Shown piece after piece: positions 1 through 12,259 of a stretch of 64,000 nucleotides of DNA. A model generated the notes under the pieces. That model saw only the letters and a program-made list of their open reading frames with translations. It did not search any database and was not told where the DNA came from. The position numbers were made by a program, and so were the translations under genes. Where the stretch lies: assembly GCA_051362555.1 (NCBI GenBank), contig CM120642.1, positions 30,814,001-30,878,000 on the forward strand. Direction: 5' to 3'. The number at the start of each line of letters is the position of its first letter. Position 1 is the first letter of the stretch. This DNA is from Lingula anatina. Lineage: Eukaryota; Animalia; Brachiopoda.

Positions 1-4
1 TCAG

Positions 5-46
<42 letters not shown>

Positions 47-230
47 CATTGTACATGGGAGGAAAATGGTCTCAATCTGTCATAAAGGCCTCTTACCAAT
101 CCTCGACTTAAGTCATCATCACATTATTAAAATTTTCACTAGTTTCTCAAGTTGTTGGTGGGTTATGAGAAGTTTTCTGTCAGTTTTTAACTATCGTCAT
201 GTGACGGAGCAATCACGTTGTAGATAAAGT

Positions 231-710
231 GAGGTATCAATGTTGAATCAACGTTGATGGTCAACATTGAAACTATGTTGATATGACGTTGACTATGAAA
301 GTTGACTCAACGTTGAACCATCAAGGTTGAATCAACCTTGAGGTATCAATGTTGAATCAACGTTGATGGTCAATGTTGAAACTATGTTGATATGACGTTG
401 ACTATGAAAGTTGACTCAACGTTGAACCATCAAGGTTGAATCAACCTTGAGGTATCAATGTTGAATCAACGTTGATGGTCAATGTTGAAACTATGTTGAT
501 ATGACGTTGACTATGAAAGTTGACTCAACGTTGAACCATCAAGGTTGAATCAACCTTGAGGTATCAATGTTGAATCAATGTTGACGGTCAACGTTGAAAC
601 TATGTTGATATGACGTTGACTATGAAAGTTGAATCAACGTTGAACCATCAAGGTTGAATCAACCTTGAGGTATCAATGTTGAATCAACATTGATACTTCA
701 ATGTTGAATC
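231..710. repeat. 109-bp tandem array (~4.4 copies) of palindromic TCAACGTTGA/TCAATGTTGA motifs; present in every unit
   Basis: GAGGTATCAATGTTGAATC starts at 231, 340, 449, 558 and 667. Equivalent arrays start at 6245, 12260 and 18276. Confidence 0.95.
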
Positions 711-1984
711 AATTTTCAAATTAAGTTGAATTTAAAAATTGAATTAACGTTGATATATCAATTAGGCTATCAGGATATTTGATTGAAATTTGCCTGATGG
801 CTGAAGGTGTTCTCCAAGATATCAAGCATTTCTTGAAATAAAAAGACTCAGATCTGAAAAGGGGGGAAATAAGGAAAATTACCTACAAAAAAAGGTAATT
901 CCGAAAGAAAAGGGGGGGGGGGTCAGACCCCGGGACCGGCCCCTGTATCCACCTATGGGTCGTCAGATTCTTTTTAAACTTTCCAGTTTGATGCTCAGTG
1001 TTACGGACCAAAACAGCCCGAACATAAAAAAACACAAACAACAACTAATTTAACTATGAATATAATATATTACAAACAACGAACATACACTACATACACT
1101 AACTACATGTAATACTATCATGTTGCATAAACTTTAACATTTGTCAAATACAGTTAAATTCTAACAGATTCGTAGACAGTTAAGTTTTGAATACGCAATG
1201 TCACAGTTTTACGAGTCCTTTTCTGTTGAACGTTCCTCCTGATAGTGTGGGGTTTTGAAGACGCAATGTCACCGTTTTCCATGTCCTTATCTGTTGAACG
1301 ATCCTCCTGATAGTGTGGCCTCACAGAGTACTGTTAATAAAGTACAGTTTTTGTACTGTAAAAGTGTTACACACTGTCCACACTCACGTGTTGCATCAGT
1401 TCATGTTATCCGGAGTCTCGCACTTAATAACAGTCCCGCACTTAATTTACATTATACAAGTATGCAGGCACATACGGTAATTACTCATAAAAATTAAACA
1501 ACAAATTAGCTTTACTAAAATAATTATAACGTCACATCAGGTAGTTAAGATAATTTTAAGAATACAAAAACAAAGGGTCACCAGTCTAATTTTTTCTCAC
1601 AGCTAACTTGAATTTCCAGAAAAACAGGCATTTTTGGCTTTTTCAAGCTTTTTCTTCAACCTTGAGTAAATTTTGTCAATTTGCCATAAAGTAAGGGTGG
1701 TGACCCTATGTTTTTTTTTCTTTTTCTTAAAGATAACCTGAACATCAAATCTGGAAAGTTAAAAAAAAAAAATGACGATCGCTTTTTTTCACTAAATTAA
1801 TTTTAATGAAAAGGGGGTAAAACAAGCGTTTTATGAGGGGTAATTACCCCTATGCATACCTCTCTAGTGAGATAATCATTTAAAACTATTATCAAGGTTA
1901 TGATTAAGGTTATAAATAAAGTTAAGGTTGACCCAATGTTGAGATCCAGTTGATATGTCAACATTGACAAAGAGTTTACAAACA

Positions 1985-2440
1985 CAGGTTGATTCAATGT
2001 TGAAATCCTGTTGATCTATCAACATTGAAAATTGATTGACAAAGAAAGGTTAAATCAATGTTGAGACCCTGTTGATCTATCAACATTGACAATTGGTTGA
2101 CAAGAAAAGTTTGATTCAATGTTGAAATCCTGTTGATCTATCAACATTGAAAATTGATTGACAAAGAAAGGTTAAATCAATGTTGAGACCCTGTTGATCT
2201 ATCAACATTGACAATTGGTTGACAAGAAAAGTTTGATTCAATGTTGAAATCCTGTTGATCTATCAACATTGAAAATTGATTGACAAAGAAAGGTTAAATC
2301 AATGTTGAGACCCTGTTGATCCATCAACATTGACAATTGGTTGACAAGAAAAGGTTGATTCAATGTTGAGATCTTGTTGATCTATCAATATTGATGGATC
2401 AACATCATCTCAACCTATCCTCAATGTTGAATCAACGTTG
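1985..2440. repeat. 121-bp higher-order (61+60 bp dimer) tandem array with the same TCAACATTGA motifs; present in every unit
   Basis: TTGATTCAATGTTGAAATCCTG recurs with a 121-bp period (~1989, 2110, 2231), alternating with a TTAAATCAATGTTGAGACCCTG half-unit. Confidence 0.93.
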
Positions 2441-2453
2441 AGTGCCTGCTGGG

Positions 2454-3628
2454 AAAAAACCTAAACTTGAATAGAGATCTTTTATAACAATGCTTTCTCA
2501 GTGCGTGTGTTCAAATATTTCAAACACTTTATCTCAGCACTAATGTTCTTAAAATATCTGATACTTCCCCCAAAGACTATACATAAACTCAAATATATTT
2601 ATCAATTTGTTTAGAATAGGGCTTTAAAATCAACAGGTTTGTTATGATCATAACCTTGCTACTGCTTGGCAGTAATTATTTGCTCCTGCTAATTTCAAGA
2701 GACTGTACCCCGCTCCTCAAAGAAAGTATAGGCTTAGGGCATATCATAAATATTTATGTAAAAAACAATCATAAAATACATGAAATGTTCTTCACACTTT
2801 ATTGAGATATTCTTGAAAGTCCCACTACTTACAGCTGACGCCAGAAGGAAATGGTAAGGAAGAAACTCCATTCTGAGTACACAGTCCAGAGCCTTCAAAC
2901 AGTGCAGCTCTATCCCCTGGTTATCATAGATATATGTCCACTGTTTCTGAGCTACTGCAAACATGGTCTCAATGTGCAACCACCTGAAATGTGAACATAT
3001 TAAACTCTCTGTGCTGTTTATAATACCATGACACAATTCTAAGTTGAAAGCGGTTTCTCAATCACCCATCACTGGAATGAAAAAAAGGGACATCACTGGG
3101 ACGAAAAAAAAAGGGAAGTTTGGCATAGACAAATGATGTTTTATGGCAACGGTTTTCTTTTTTCTTTCTTAATCAATAAACAAATCTATGAAGATATTTT
3201 TTCTCAAAGAGTTTTTAATATTCCTATTGAACACTTTTTTATTCAACTGATTTTCATAAATAGGGCACCTGTTATGTTTACATTTGACAAACTCTTACCA
3301 ATATTTTTCAATAGACTGTTAAACTGATGACTACTGGCACAAAATGTAAAATGTTCCAAAACAATATATAACACCATGAGAGTAAAAAAAAAAATTGGTT
3401 ATAAAAGATTGGAAAAATTTATCCATTGAATAAGACGCATAAACTCAACCAAATCTCATGATATTGTGATGATGCAGAACCTCTTACTTGACATCTTGGG
3501 CTGTCTCCATGACATTCATCTCACACATAAGTTTCTTGGTCTGCCAGTCCATGGCAGCTACGTGACCCTTCCTGCCAGCTATCAGCAGAAACCTGCCGTT
3601 TCTGGTGTAGTTCATTCTGTACGGACCA
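2454..3628 (-). pseudogene. WDR46: WDR46 fragment (complete exon 2833-2983, partial exon 3488-3628, introns), unit 1
   Basis: Aligns to the resident WDR46 gene at ~31767-32940. Encodes [30 protein letters not shown]...LLASA. Has no 5' or 3' exons. Confidence 0.93.
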
Positions 3629-6010
3629 GATCAAATAGAAATAATACTGATAAAAACCCAGGAAATCGCCCTGTTGATTGTCAAGGAAGAGCAGAAGCAA
3701 CTGTCAGCAAACAAAACACAACTGTCTCCCCAGAAAGACCTGTTAAAAAGCTGAAGGTCAGCGCATCAGTTCTTGGAGTAAACAAATCTGTTGAAATTAT
3801 ATAAGATGTTTGAAAAGAAATGTATGATTAAACAATTGTTTTGAGACACAAAATTATAGTTGAATCTTGAACTTGAGTGACAATACACTGCACTTTGCAT
3901 GCAGCCAAACATGCACACTCTGGGGTAGCGCTAGCACTCGCCAATTTAGCCAAATGCTAAAACTGACTTAATTGGCTAAAGAAAAAGGGCTTGATTTGAC
4001 ATGTTTAAGCCAAATTATAACCATTTTGGTAACAAATTGACAAAAATGTGGTGATTTGGCTAAGCGAAAAAAATTGCTAGCGCTACCCCAGACACTTATA
4101 AGAAACTTCTATGCACCAGAGTTCAGATAAAGATAATTCATTTAGAAGAATGTTGATATTTATTTTTGTGGAACTCTGTAATTTGAGGTTAAATTTAACA
4201 TGTATTCTTGTGTCCTGTGGTTCCAGGTTGGTGAAACGAACAGGAAGTACACGTACGTCCCTCTGAGTAAACTGACCAGAGGAGCCACAGTGGATGTTTA
4301 CGCCGTGGTCAAGTTTTTCAAACCACCCACTAAGACACGAGGTTCAGGTAAAGTTTATAATACAGTTAATCCCAAATTGAAGATATGCCGTTCTAAAAAA
4401 ATGGAACATTGATTCACTGGAAGATCCATACAATGAAGTGGCAAACAAGAGACGTTTATCTCTCCACTTTTAGGGGATCTAATGCTCCTGGAACTTAGGT
4501 GTCATCTTTGTTTTTGTGCCTTGTTTCTGTGGCTAGATTTTTCTTACAGGAATGCAGTTTGTGCTAAGATAATGCATAAATTATTTACTTGAAAGATTGT
4601 AGGTTCCTTTTGGTTAGTGTAATTTAAAGATTTTTTGGAATCAGCAATTTAAAACATACCTTTGTCTAGTTGCAGGGAAGATACTTAATTTATGGTAATA
4701 GCAAAAACACTGTCCTCAGTCTTTTATTAATCAACAGACATACATGTAGTGTGTGAAGTGGGTTTCACAGTTTTGGACAAACAGACTTATCTTATGCTAT
4801 TCAGACTACTACATGGTACTTTCCTTGGTGGATCCATCTCTAGCAGACAAGGAGAAAATCAAATGCATTTTGTTTGCAAAGAGCGCTACAGATTTACCGC
4901 CTGTCCAGACTGAGGGAGAAATAGTCAGGATGCATAGACTGAAGGTAGTGAGACTGTTGTGTATATTATGACAATACTCCTTTATCTCATTAAAACATCA
5001 TCCAGTATTGATTTAATTTTTTTTTTCTTGGTGGATTAATGTCTGTTATATTCATGCTTTGTGCAGGTTGTTGGAAACATTTGTCAGCATGTTTTTATGA
5101 AGACATTTAAAACATTTTGATATTTCATGGTTTCTCAACTCAGTTTGGGTAGCTTTTGACAAATGATTTCTGTATTTAGATAAAAAAATCAAAAAATGAA
5201 AATGAAAATCAATTGAAAATACAAAATTCTTAATGTATGCTTTAGCCAGACCCAATAATTTTTAACATGTATGAAAAGAAAACATTCAGAGTGTGCTAAT
5301 GTGATCAGAAAAGCTCAAAATATGATTGCTTGCTCTATACTTTATATGCCCAGTAAACATTTGTGTCCGTTGCAGATTGGGACTTTTAATGGGGAATTAC
5401 AAGGACAGAACGGGCCAGGCTTCTCCTGTATTGTTTTCTCTGCTGACCTGGAGGATCCCATTGAACCTAAGTCCACCACCAGGGGGTACACTCTGACTGA
5501 CCAAGACAGGCTGAAGGTATGTGTGTAATTATGAGCAGCCTTAAGGTGATTAAATGTGATTTTGGTATTGTAATGTTATCTTTTGTTATGTTATGTGTTA
5601 TATTCACCTAGTCTCCTTTTTGTATCTCCGTTGAATTTAATGCACTGTGTAAACATGCACACATGCACAATCTTGTTACCCTTTTTGTACACACTATGTA
5701 CATAATTAAATAGAATAAATGTCCTGTGTGCTTAACAGTTACTTTGAGGAATTTGTTCTTAAAATATTAGTATTTAATTGCAGCACTTGCAATGTGAGTC
5801 CACAACTAGGAGTAAGATAACTGATTGTAGATTAATATTGTAAATGGAGATGATAAAATAAATATTTATTATCACTTGCATAATTGCGTACTTCAGGTGG
5901 AGGAGCTTAGAGAATGGTCTTTACAAGGGGAATGTTTCAGTCAAGAAAGGGATAACAGGTGCACTCTGGGAGAATGTGTGGTCGGCCAGTACTTTGATTT
6001 GTTGTGCCAG
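3629..6010 (+). CDS. POT1: POT1 N-terminal cassette copy 1 (remnant exon 3629-3756; exons 4227-4347, 4805-4944, 5376-5516, 5897-6010), OB1 domain
   Basis: [53 protein letters not shown] matches POT1 OB1 and the start of OB2. All sites are GT-AG and the frame is continuous (121+140+141+114=516 nt). Confidence 0.85.
3919..4092. mobile_element. MITE (~174 bp) in POT1 intron; copies at 9936-10109, 15952-16125, 21968-22141
   Basis: 18-bp perfect TIR TCTGGGGTAGCGCTAGCA / TGCTAGCGCTACCCCAGA. Flanked by CAC on both sides (possible 3-bp TSD). Confidence 0.8.
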
Positions 6011-6018
6011 GTAATCAG

Positions 6019-6060
<42 letters not shown>

Positions 6061-6244
6061 CATTGTACATGGGAGGAAAATGGTCTCAATCTGTCATAAA
6101 GGCCTCTTACCAATCCTCGACTTAAGTCATCATCACATTATTAAAATTTTCACTAGTTTCTCAAGTTGTTGGTGGGTTATGAGAAGTTTTCTGTCAGTTT
6201 TTAACTATCGTCATGTGACGGAGCAATCACGTTGTAGATAAAGT

Positions 6245-8470
6245 GAGGTATCAATGTTGAATCAACGTTGATGGTCAACATTGAAACTATGTTGATATGA
6301 CGTTGACTATGAAAGTTGACTCAACGTTGAACCATCAAGGTTGAATCAACCTTGAGGTATCAATGTTGAATCAACGTTGATGGTCAATGTTGAAACTATG
6401 TTGATATGACGTTGACTATGAAAGTTGACTCAACGTTGAACCATCAAGGTTGAATCAACCTTGAGGTATCAATGTTGAATCAACGTTGATGGTCAATGTT
6501 GAAACTATGTTGATATGACGTTGACTATGAAAGTTGACTCAACGTTGAACCATCAAGGTTGAATCAACCTTGAGGTATCAATGTTGAATCAATGTTGACG
6601 GTCAACGTTGAAACTATGTTGATATGACGTTGACTATGAAAGTTGAATCAACGTTGAACCATCAAGGTTGAATCAACCTTGAGGTATCAATGTTGAATCA
6701 ACATTGATACTTCAATGTTGAATCAATTTTCAAATTAAGTTGAATTTAAAAATTGAATTAACGTTGATATATCAATTAGGCTATCAGGATATTTGATTGA
6801 AATTTGCCTGATGGCTGAAGGTGTTCTCCAAGATATCAAGCATTTCTTGAAATAAAAAGACTCGGATCTGAAAAGGGGGGAAATAAGGAAAATTACCTAC
6901 AAAAAAAGGTAATTCCGAAAGAAAAGGGGGGGGGGGGGGGTCAGACCCCGGGACCGGCCCCTGTATCCACCTATGGGTCGTCAGATTCTTTTTAAACTTT
7001 CCAGTTTGATGCTCAGTGTTACGGACCAAAACAGCCCGAACATAAAAAAACACAAACAACAACTAATTTAACTATGAATATAATATATTACAAACAACGA
7101 ACATACACTACATACACTAACTACATGTAATACTATCATGTTGCATAAACTTTAACATTTGTCAAATACAGTTAAATTCTAACAGATTCGTAGACAGTTA
7201 AGTTTTGAATACGCAATGTCACAGTTTTACGAGTCCTTTTCTGTTGAACGTTCCTCCTGATAGTGTGGGGTTTTGAAGACGCAATGTCACCGTTTTCCAT
7301 GTCCTTATCTGTTGAACGATCCTCCTGATAGTGTGGCCTCACAGAGTACTGTTAATAAAGTACAGTTTTTGTACTGTAAAAGTGTTACACACTGTCCACA
7401 CTCACGTGTTGCATCAGTTATGTTATCCGGAGTCTCGCACTTAATAACAGTCCCGCACTTAATTTACATTATACAAGTATGCAGGCACATACGGTAATTA
7501 CTCATAAAAATTAAACAACAAATTAGCTTTACTAAAATAATTATAACGTCACATCAGGTAGTTAAGATAATTTTAAGAATACAAAAACAAAGGGTCACCA
7601 GTCTAATTTTTTCTCACAGCTAACTTGAATTTCCAGAAAAACAGGCATTTTTGGCTTTTTCAAGCTTTTTCTTCAACCTTGAGTAAATTTTGTCAATTTG
7701 CCATAAAGTAAGGGTGGTGACCCTATGTTTTTTTTTCTTTTTCTTAAAGATAACCTGAACATCAAATCTGGAAAGTTAAAAAAAAAAAATGACGATCGCT
7801 TTTTTTCACTAAATTAATTTTAATGAAAAGGGGGTAAAACAAGCGTTTTATGAGGGGTAATTACCCCTATGCATACCTCTCTAGTGAGATAATCATTTAA
7901 AACTATTATCAAGGTTATGATTAAGGTTATAAATAAAGTTAAGGTTGACCCAATGTTGAGATCCAGTTGATATGTCAACATTGACAAAGAGTTTACAAAC
8001 ACAGGTTGATTCAATGTTGAAATCCTGTTGATCTATCAACATTGAAAATTGATTGACAAAGAAAGGTTAAATCAATGTTGAGACCCTGTTGATCTATCAA
8101 CATTGACAATTGGTTGACAAGAAAAGTTTGATTCAATGTTGAAATCCTGTTGATCTATCAACATTGAAAATTGATTGACAAAGAAAGGTTAAATCAATGT
8201 TGAGACCCTGTTGATCTATCAACATTGACAATTGGTTGACAAGAAAAGTTTGATTCAATGTTGAAATCCTGTTGATCTATCAACATTGAAAATTGATTGA
8301 CAAAGAAAGGTTAAATCAATGTTGAGACCCTGTTGATCCATCAACATTGACAATTGGTTGACAAGAAAAGGTTGATTCAATGTTGAGATCTTGTTGATCT
8401 ATCAATATTGATGGATCAACATCATCTCAACCTATCCTCAATGTTGAATCAACGTTGAGTGCCTGCTGGG
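6245..8470. mobile_element. CMC/EnSpm-like element, unit 2
   Basis: Near-identical copy of 231-2453. Confidence 0.65.
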
Positions 8471-9645
8471 AAAAAACCTAAACTTGAATAGAGATCTTTT
8501 ATAACAATGCTTTCTCAGTGCGTGTGTTCAAATATTTCAAACACTTTATCTCAGCACTAATGTTCTTAAAATATCTGATACTTCCCCCAAAGACTATACA
8601 TAAACTCAAATATATTTATCAATTTGTTTAGAATAGGGCTTTAAAATCAACAGGTTTGTTATGATCATAACCTTGCTACTGCTTGGCAGTAATTATTTGC
8701 TCCTGCTAATTTCAAGAGACTGTACCCCGCTCCTCAAAGAAAGTATAGGCTTAGGGCATATCATAAATATTTATGTAAAAAACAATCATAAAATACATGA
8801 AATGTTCTTCACACTTTATTGAGATATTCTTGAAAGTCCCACTACTTACAGCTGACGCCAGAAGGAAATGGTAAGGAAGAAACTCCATTCTGAGTACACA
8901 GTCCAGAGCCTTCAAACAGTGCAGCTCTATCCCCTGGTTATCATAGATATATGTCCACTGTTTCTGAGCTACTGCAAACATGGTCTCAATGTGCAACCAC
9001 CTGAAATGTGAACATATTAAACTCTCTGTGCTGTTTATAATACCATGACACAATTCTAAGTTGAAAGCGGTTTCTCAATCACCCATCACTGGAATGAAAA
9101 AAAGGGACATCACTGGGACGAAAAAAAAAGGGAAGTTTGGCATAGACAAATGATGTTTTATGGCAACGGTTTTCTTTTTTCTTTCTTAATCAATAAACAA
9201 ATCTATGAAGATATTTTTTCTCAAAGAGTTTTTAATATTCCTATTGAACACTTTTTTATTCAACTGATTTTCATAAATAGGGCACCTGTTATGTTTACAT
9301 TTGACAAACTCTTACCAATATTTTTCAATAGACTGTTAAACTGATGACTACTGGCACAAAATGTAAAATGTTCCAAAACAATATATAACACCATGAGAGT
9401 AAAAAAAAAAATTGGTTATAAAAGATTGGAAAAATTTATCCATTGAATAAGACGCATAAACTCAACCAAATCTCATGATATTGTGATGATGCAGAACCTC
9501 TTACTTGACATCTTGGGCTGTCTCCATGACATTCATCTCACACATAAGTTTCTTGGTCTGCCAGTCCATGGCAGCTACGTGACCCTTCCTGCCAGCTATC
9601 AGCAGAAACCTGCCGTTTCTGGTGTAGTTCATTCTGTACGGACCA
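8471..9645 (-). pseudogene. WDR46: WDR46 fragment, unit 2
   Basis: Near-identical copy of 2454-3628. Confidence 0.93.
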
Positions 9646-12027
9646 GATCAAATAGAAATAATACTGATAAAAACCCAGGAAATCGCCCTGTTGATTGTCA
9701 AGGAAGAGCAGAAGCAACTGTCAGCAAACAAAACACAACTGTCTCCCCAGAAAGACCTGTTAAAAAGCTGAAGGTCAGCGCATCAGTTCTTGGAGTAAAC
9801 AAATCTGTTGAAATTATATAAGATGTTTGAAAAGAAATGTATGATTAAACAATTGTTTTGAGACACAAAATTATAGTTGAATCTTGAACTTGAGTGACAA
9901 TACACTGCACTTTGCATGCAGCCAAACATGCACACTCTGGGGTAGCGCTAGCACTCGCCAATTTAGCCAAATGCTAAAACTGACTTAATTGGCTAAAGAA
10001 AAAGGGCTTGATTTGACATGTTTAAGCCAAATTATAACCATTTTGGTAACAAATTGACAAAAATGTGGTGATTTGGCTAAGCGAAAAAAATTGCTAGCGC
10101 TACCCCAGACACTTATAAGAAACTTCTATGCACCAGAGTTCAGATAAAGATAATTCATTTAGAAGAATGTTGATATTTATTTTTGTGGAACTCTGTAATT
10201 TGAGGTTAAATTTAACATGTATTCTTGTGTCCTGTGGTTCCAGGTTGGTGAAACGAACAGGAAGTACACGTACGTCCCTCTGAGTAAACTGACCAGAGGA
10301 GCCACAGTGGATGTTTACGCCGTGGTCAAGTTTTTCAAACCACCCACTAAGACACGAGGTTCAGGTAAAGTTTATAATACAGTTAATCCCAAATTGAAGA
10401 TATGCCGTTCTAAAAAAATGGAACATTGATTCACTGGAAGATCCATACAATGAAGTGGCAAACAAGAGACGTTTATCTCTCCACTTTTAGGGGATCTAAT
10501 GCTCCTGGAACTTAGGTGTCATCTTTGTTTTTGTGCCTTGTTTCTGTGGCTAGATTTTTCTTACAGGAATGCAGTTTGTGCTAAGATAATGCATAAATTA
10601 TTTACTTGAAAGATTGTAGGTTCCTTTTGGTTAGTGTAATTTAAAGATTTTTTGGAATCAGCAATTTAAAACATACCTTTGTCTAGTTGCAGGGAAGATA
10701 CTTAATTTATGGTAATAGCAAAAACACTGTCCTCAGTCTTTTATTAATCAACAGACATACATGTAGTGTGTGAAGTGGGTTTCACAGTTTTGGACAAACA
10801 GACTTATCTTATGCTATTCAGACTACTACATGGTACTTTCCTTGGTGGATCCATCTCTAGCAGACAAGGAGAAAATCAAATGCATTTTGTTTGCAAAGAG
10901 CGCTACAGATTTACCGCCTGTCCAGACTGAGGGAGAAATAGTCAGGATGCATAGACTGAAGGTAGTGAGACTGTTGTGTATATTATGACAATACTCCTTT
11001 ATCTCATTAAAACATCATCCAGTATTGATTTAATTTTTTTTTTCTTGGTGGATTAATGTCTGTTATATTCATGCTTTGTGCAGGTTGTTGGAAACATTTG
11101 TCAGCATGTTTTTATGAAGACATTTAAAACATTTTGATATTTCATGGTTTCTCAACTCAGTTTGGGTAGCTTTTGACAAATGATTTCTGTATTTAGATAA
11201 AAAAATCAAAAAATGAAAATGAAAATCAATTGAAAATACAAAATTCTTAATGTATGCTTTAGCCAGACCCAATAATTTTTAACATGTATGAAAAGAAAAC
11301 ATTCAGAGTGTGCTAATGTGATCAGAAAAGCTCAAAATATGATTGCTTGCTCTATACTTTATATGCCCAGTAAACATTTGTGTCCGTTGCAGATTGGGAC
11401 TTTTAATGGGGAATTACAAGGACAGAACGGGCCAGGCTTCTCCTGTATTGTTTTCTCTGCTGACCTGGAGGATCCCATTGAACCTAAGTCCACCACCAGG
11501 GGGTACACTCTGACTGACCAAGACAGGCTGAAGGTATGTGTGTAATTATGAGCAGCCTTAAGGTGATTAAATGTGATTTTGGTATTGTAATGTTATCTTT
11601 TGTTATGTTATGTGTTATATTCACCTAGTCTCCTTTTTGTATCTCCGTTGAATTTAATGCACTGTGTAAACATGCACACATGCACAATCTTGTTACCCTT
11701 TTTGTACACACTATGTACATAATTAAATAGAATAAATGTCCTGTGTGCTTAACAGTTACTTTGAGGAATTTGTTCTTAAAATATTAGTATTTAATTGCAG
11801 CACTTGCAATGTGAGTCCACAACTAGGAGTAAGATAACTGATTGTAGATTAATATTGTAAATGGAGATGATAAAATAAATATTTATTATCACTTGCATAA
11901 TTGCGTACTTCAGGTGGAGGAGCTTAGAGAATGGTCTTTACAAGGGGAATGTTTCAGTCAAGAAAGGGATAACAGGTGCACTCTGGGAGAATGTGTGGTC
12001 GGCCAGTACTTTGATTTGTTGTGCCAG
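9646..12027 (+). CDS. POT1: POT1 OB1 cassette copy 2 (exons 10244-10364, 10822-10961, 11393-11533, 11914-12027)
   Basis: Same translation and splice sites as copy 1. Confidence 0.85.
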
Positions 12028-12035
12028 GTAATCAG

Positions 12036-12075
<40 letters not shown>

Positions 12076-12259
12076 CATTGTACATGGGAGGAAAATGGTC
12101 TCAATCTGTCATAAAGGCCTCTTACCAATCCTCGACTTAAGTCATCATCACATTATTAAAATTTTCACTAGTTTCTCAAGTTGTTGGTGGGTTATGAGAA
12201 GTTTTCTGTCAGTTTTTAACTATCGTCATGTGACGGAGCAATCACGTTGTAGATAAAGT

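Larger units (their letters stand above)
231..2453. mobile_element. Non-autonomous CMC/EnSpm(CACTA)-like DNA transposon, left end truncated (unit 1)
   Basis: Right end ...GTGCCTGCTGGG (revcomp CCCAGCAGGCAC, resembling animal EnSpm-type termini). Two subterminal arrays rich in TCAAC(A/G)TTGA palindromes. No transposase ORF. The left end begins mid-array at the unit junction. Confidence 0.65.

Noticed and set aside
231-710. CRISPR-like appearance of the palindromic arrays (also 1985-2440)
   Set aside because: The units are contiguous near-identical repeats with no unique spacers, there are no cas genes, and the context is eukaryotic.
1255-1997. Small ORFs inside the EnSpm-like element (1255-1497, 1803-1997) as transposase remnants
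   Set aside because: Short, non-ATG starts, no recognisable motifs, and one is frameshifted between copies.
2734-3036. Repeated WDR46 exon as part of a functional extended WDR46 transcript
   Set aside because: It lies downstream of the WDR46 stop and poly(A) signals. The complete exon is phase-asymmetric (151 nt) and its partner exon has lost its acceptor.
5876-6241. ORFs with poly-CV / poly-HT / poly-ER tracts (e.g. 9-227, 5876-6241, 29777-30118, 49968-50204)
   Set aside because: These are translations of intronic dinucleotide microsatellites. The frame shifts between repeat copies as (GT)n length changes.
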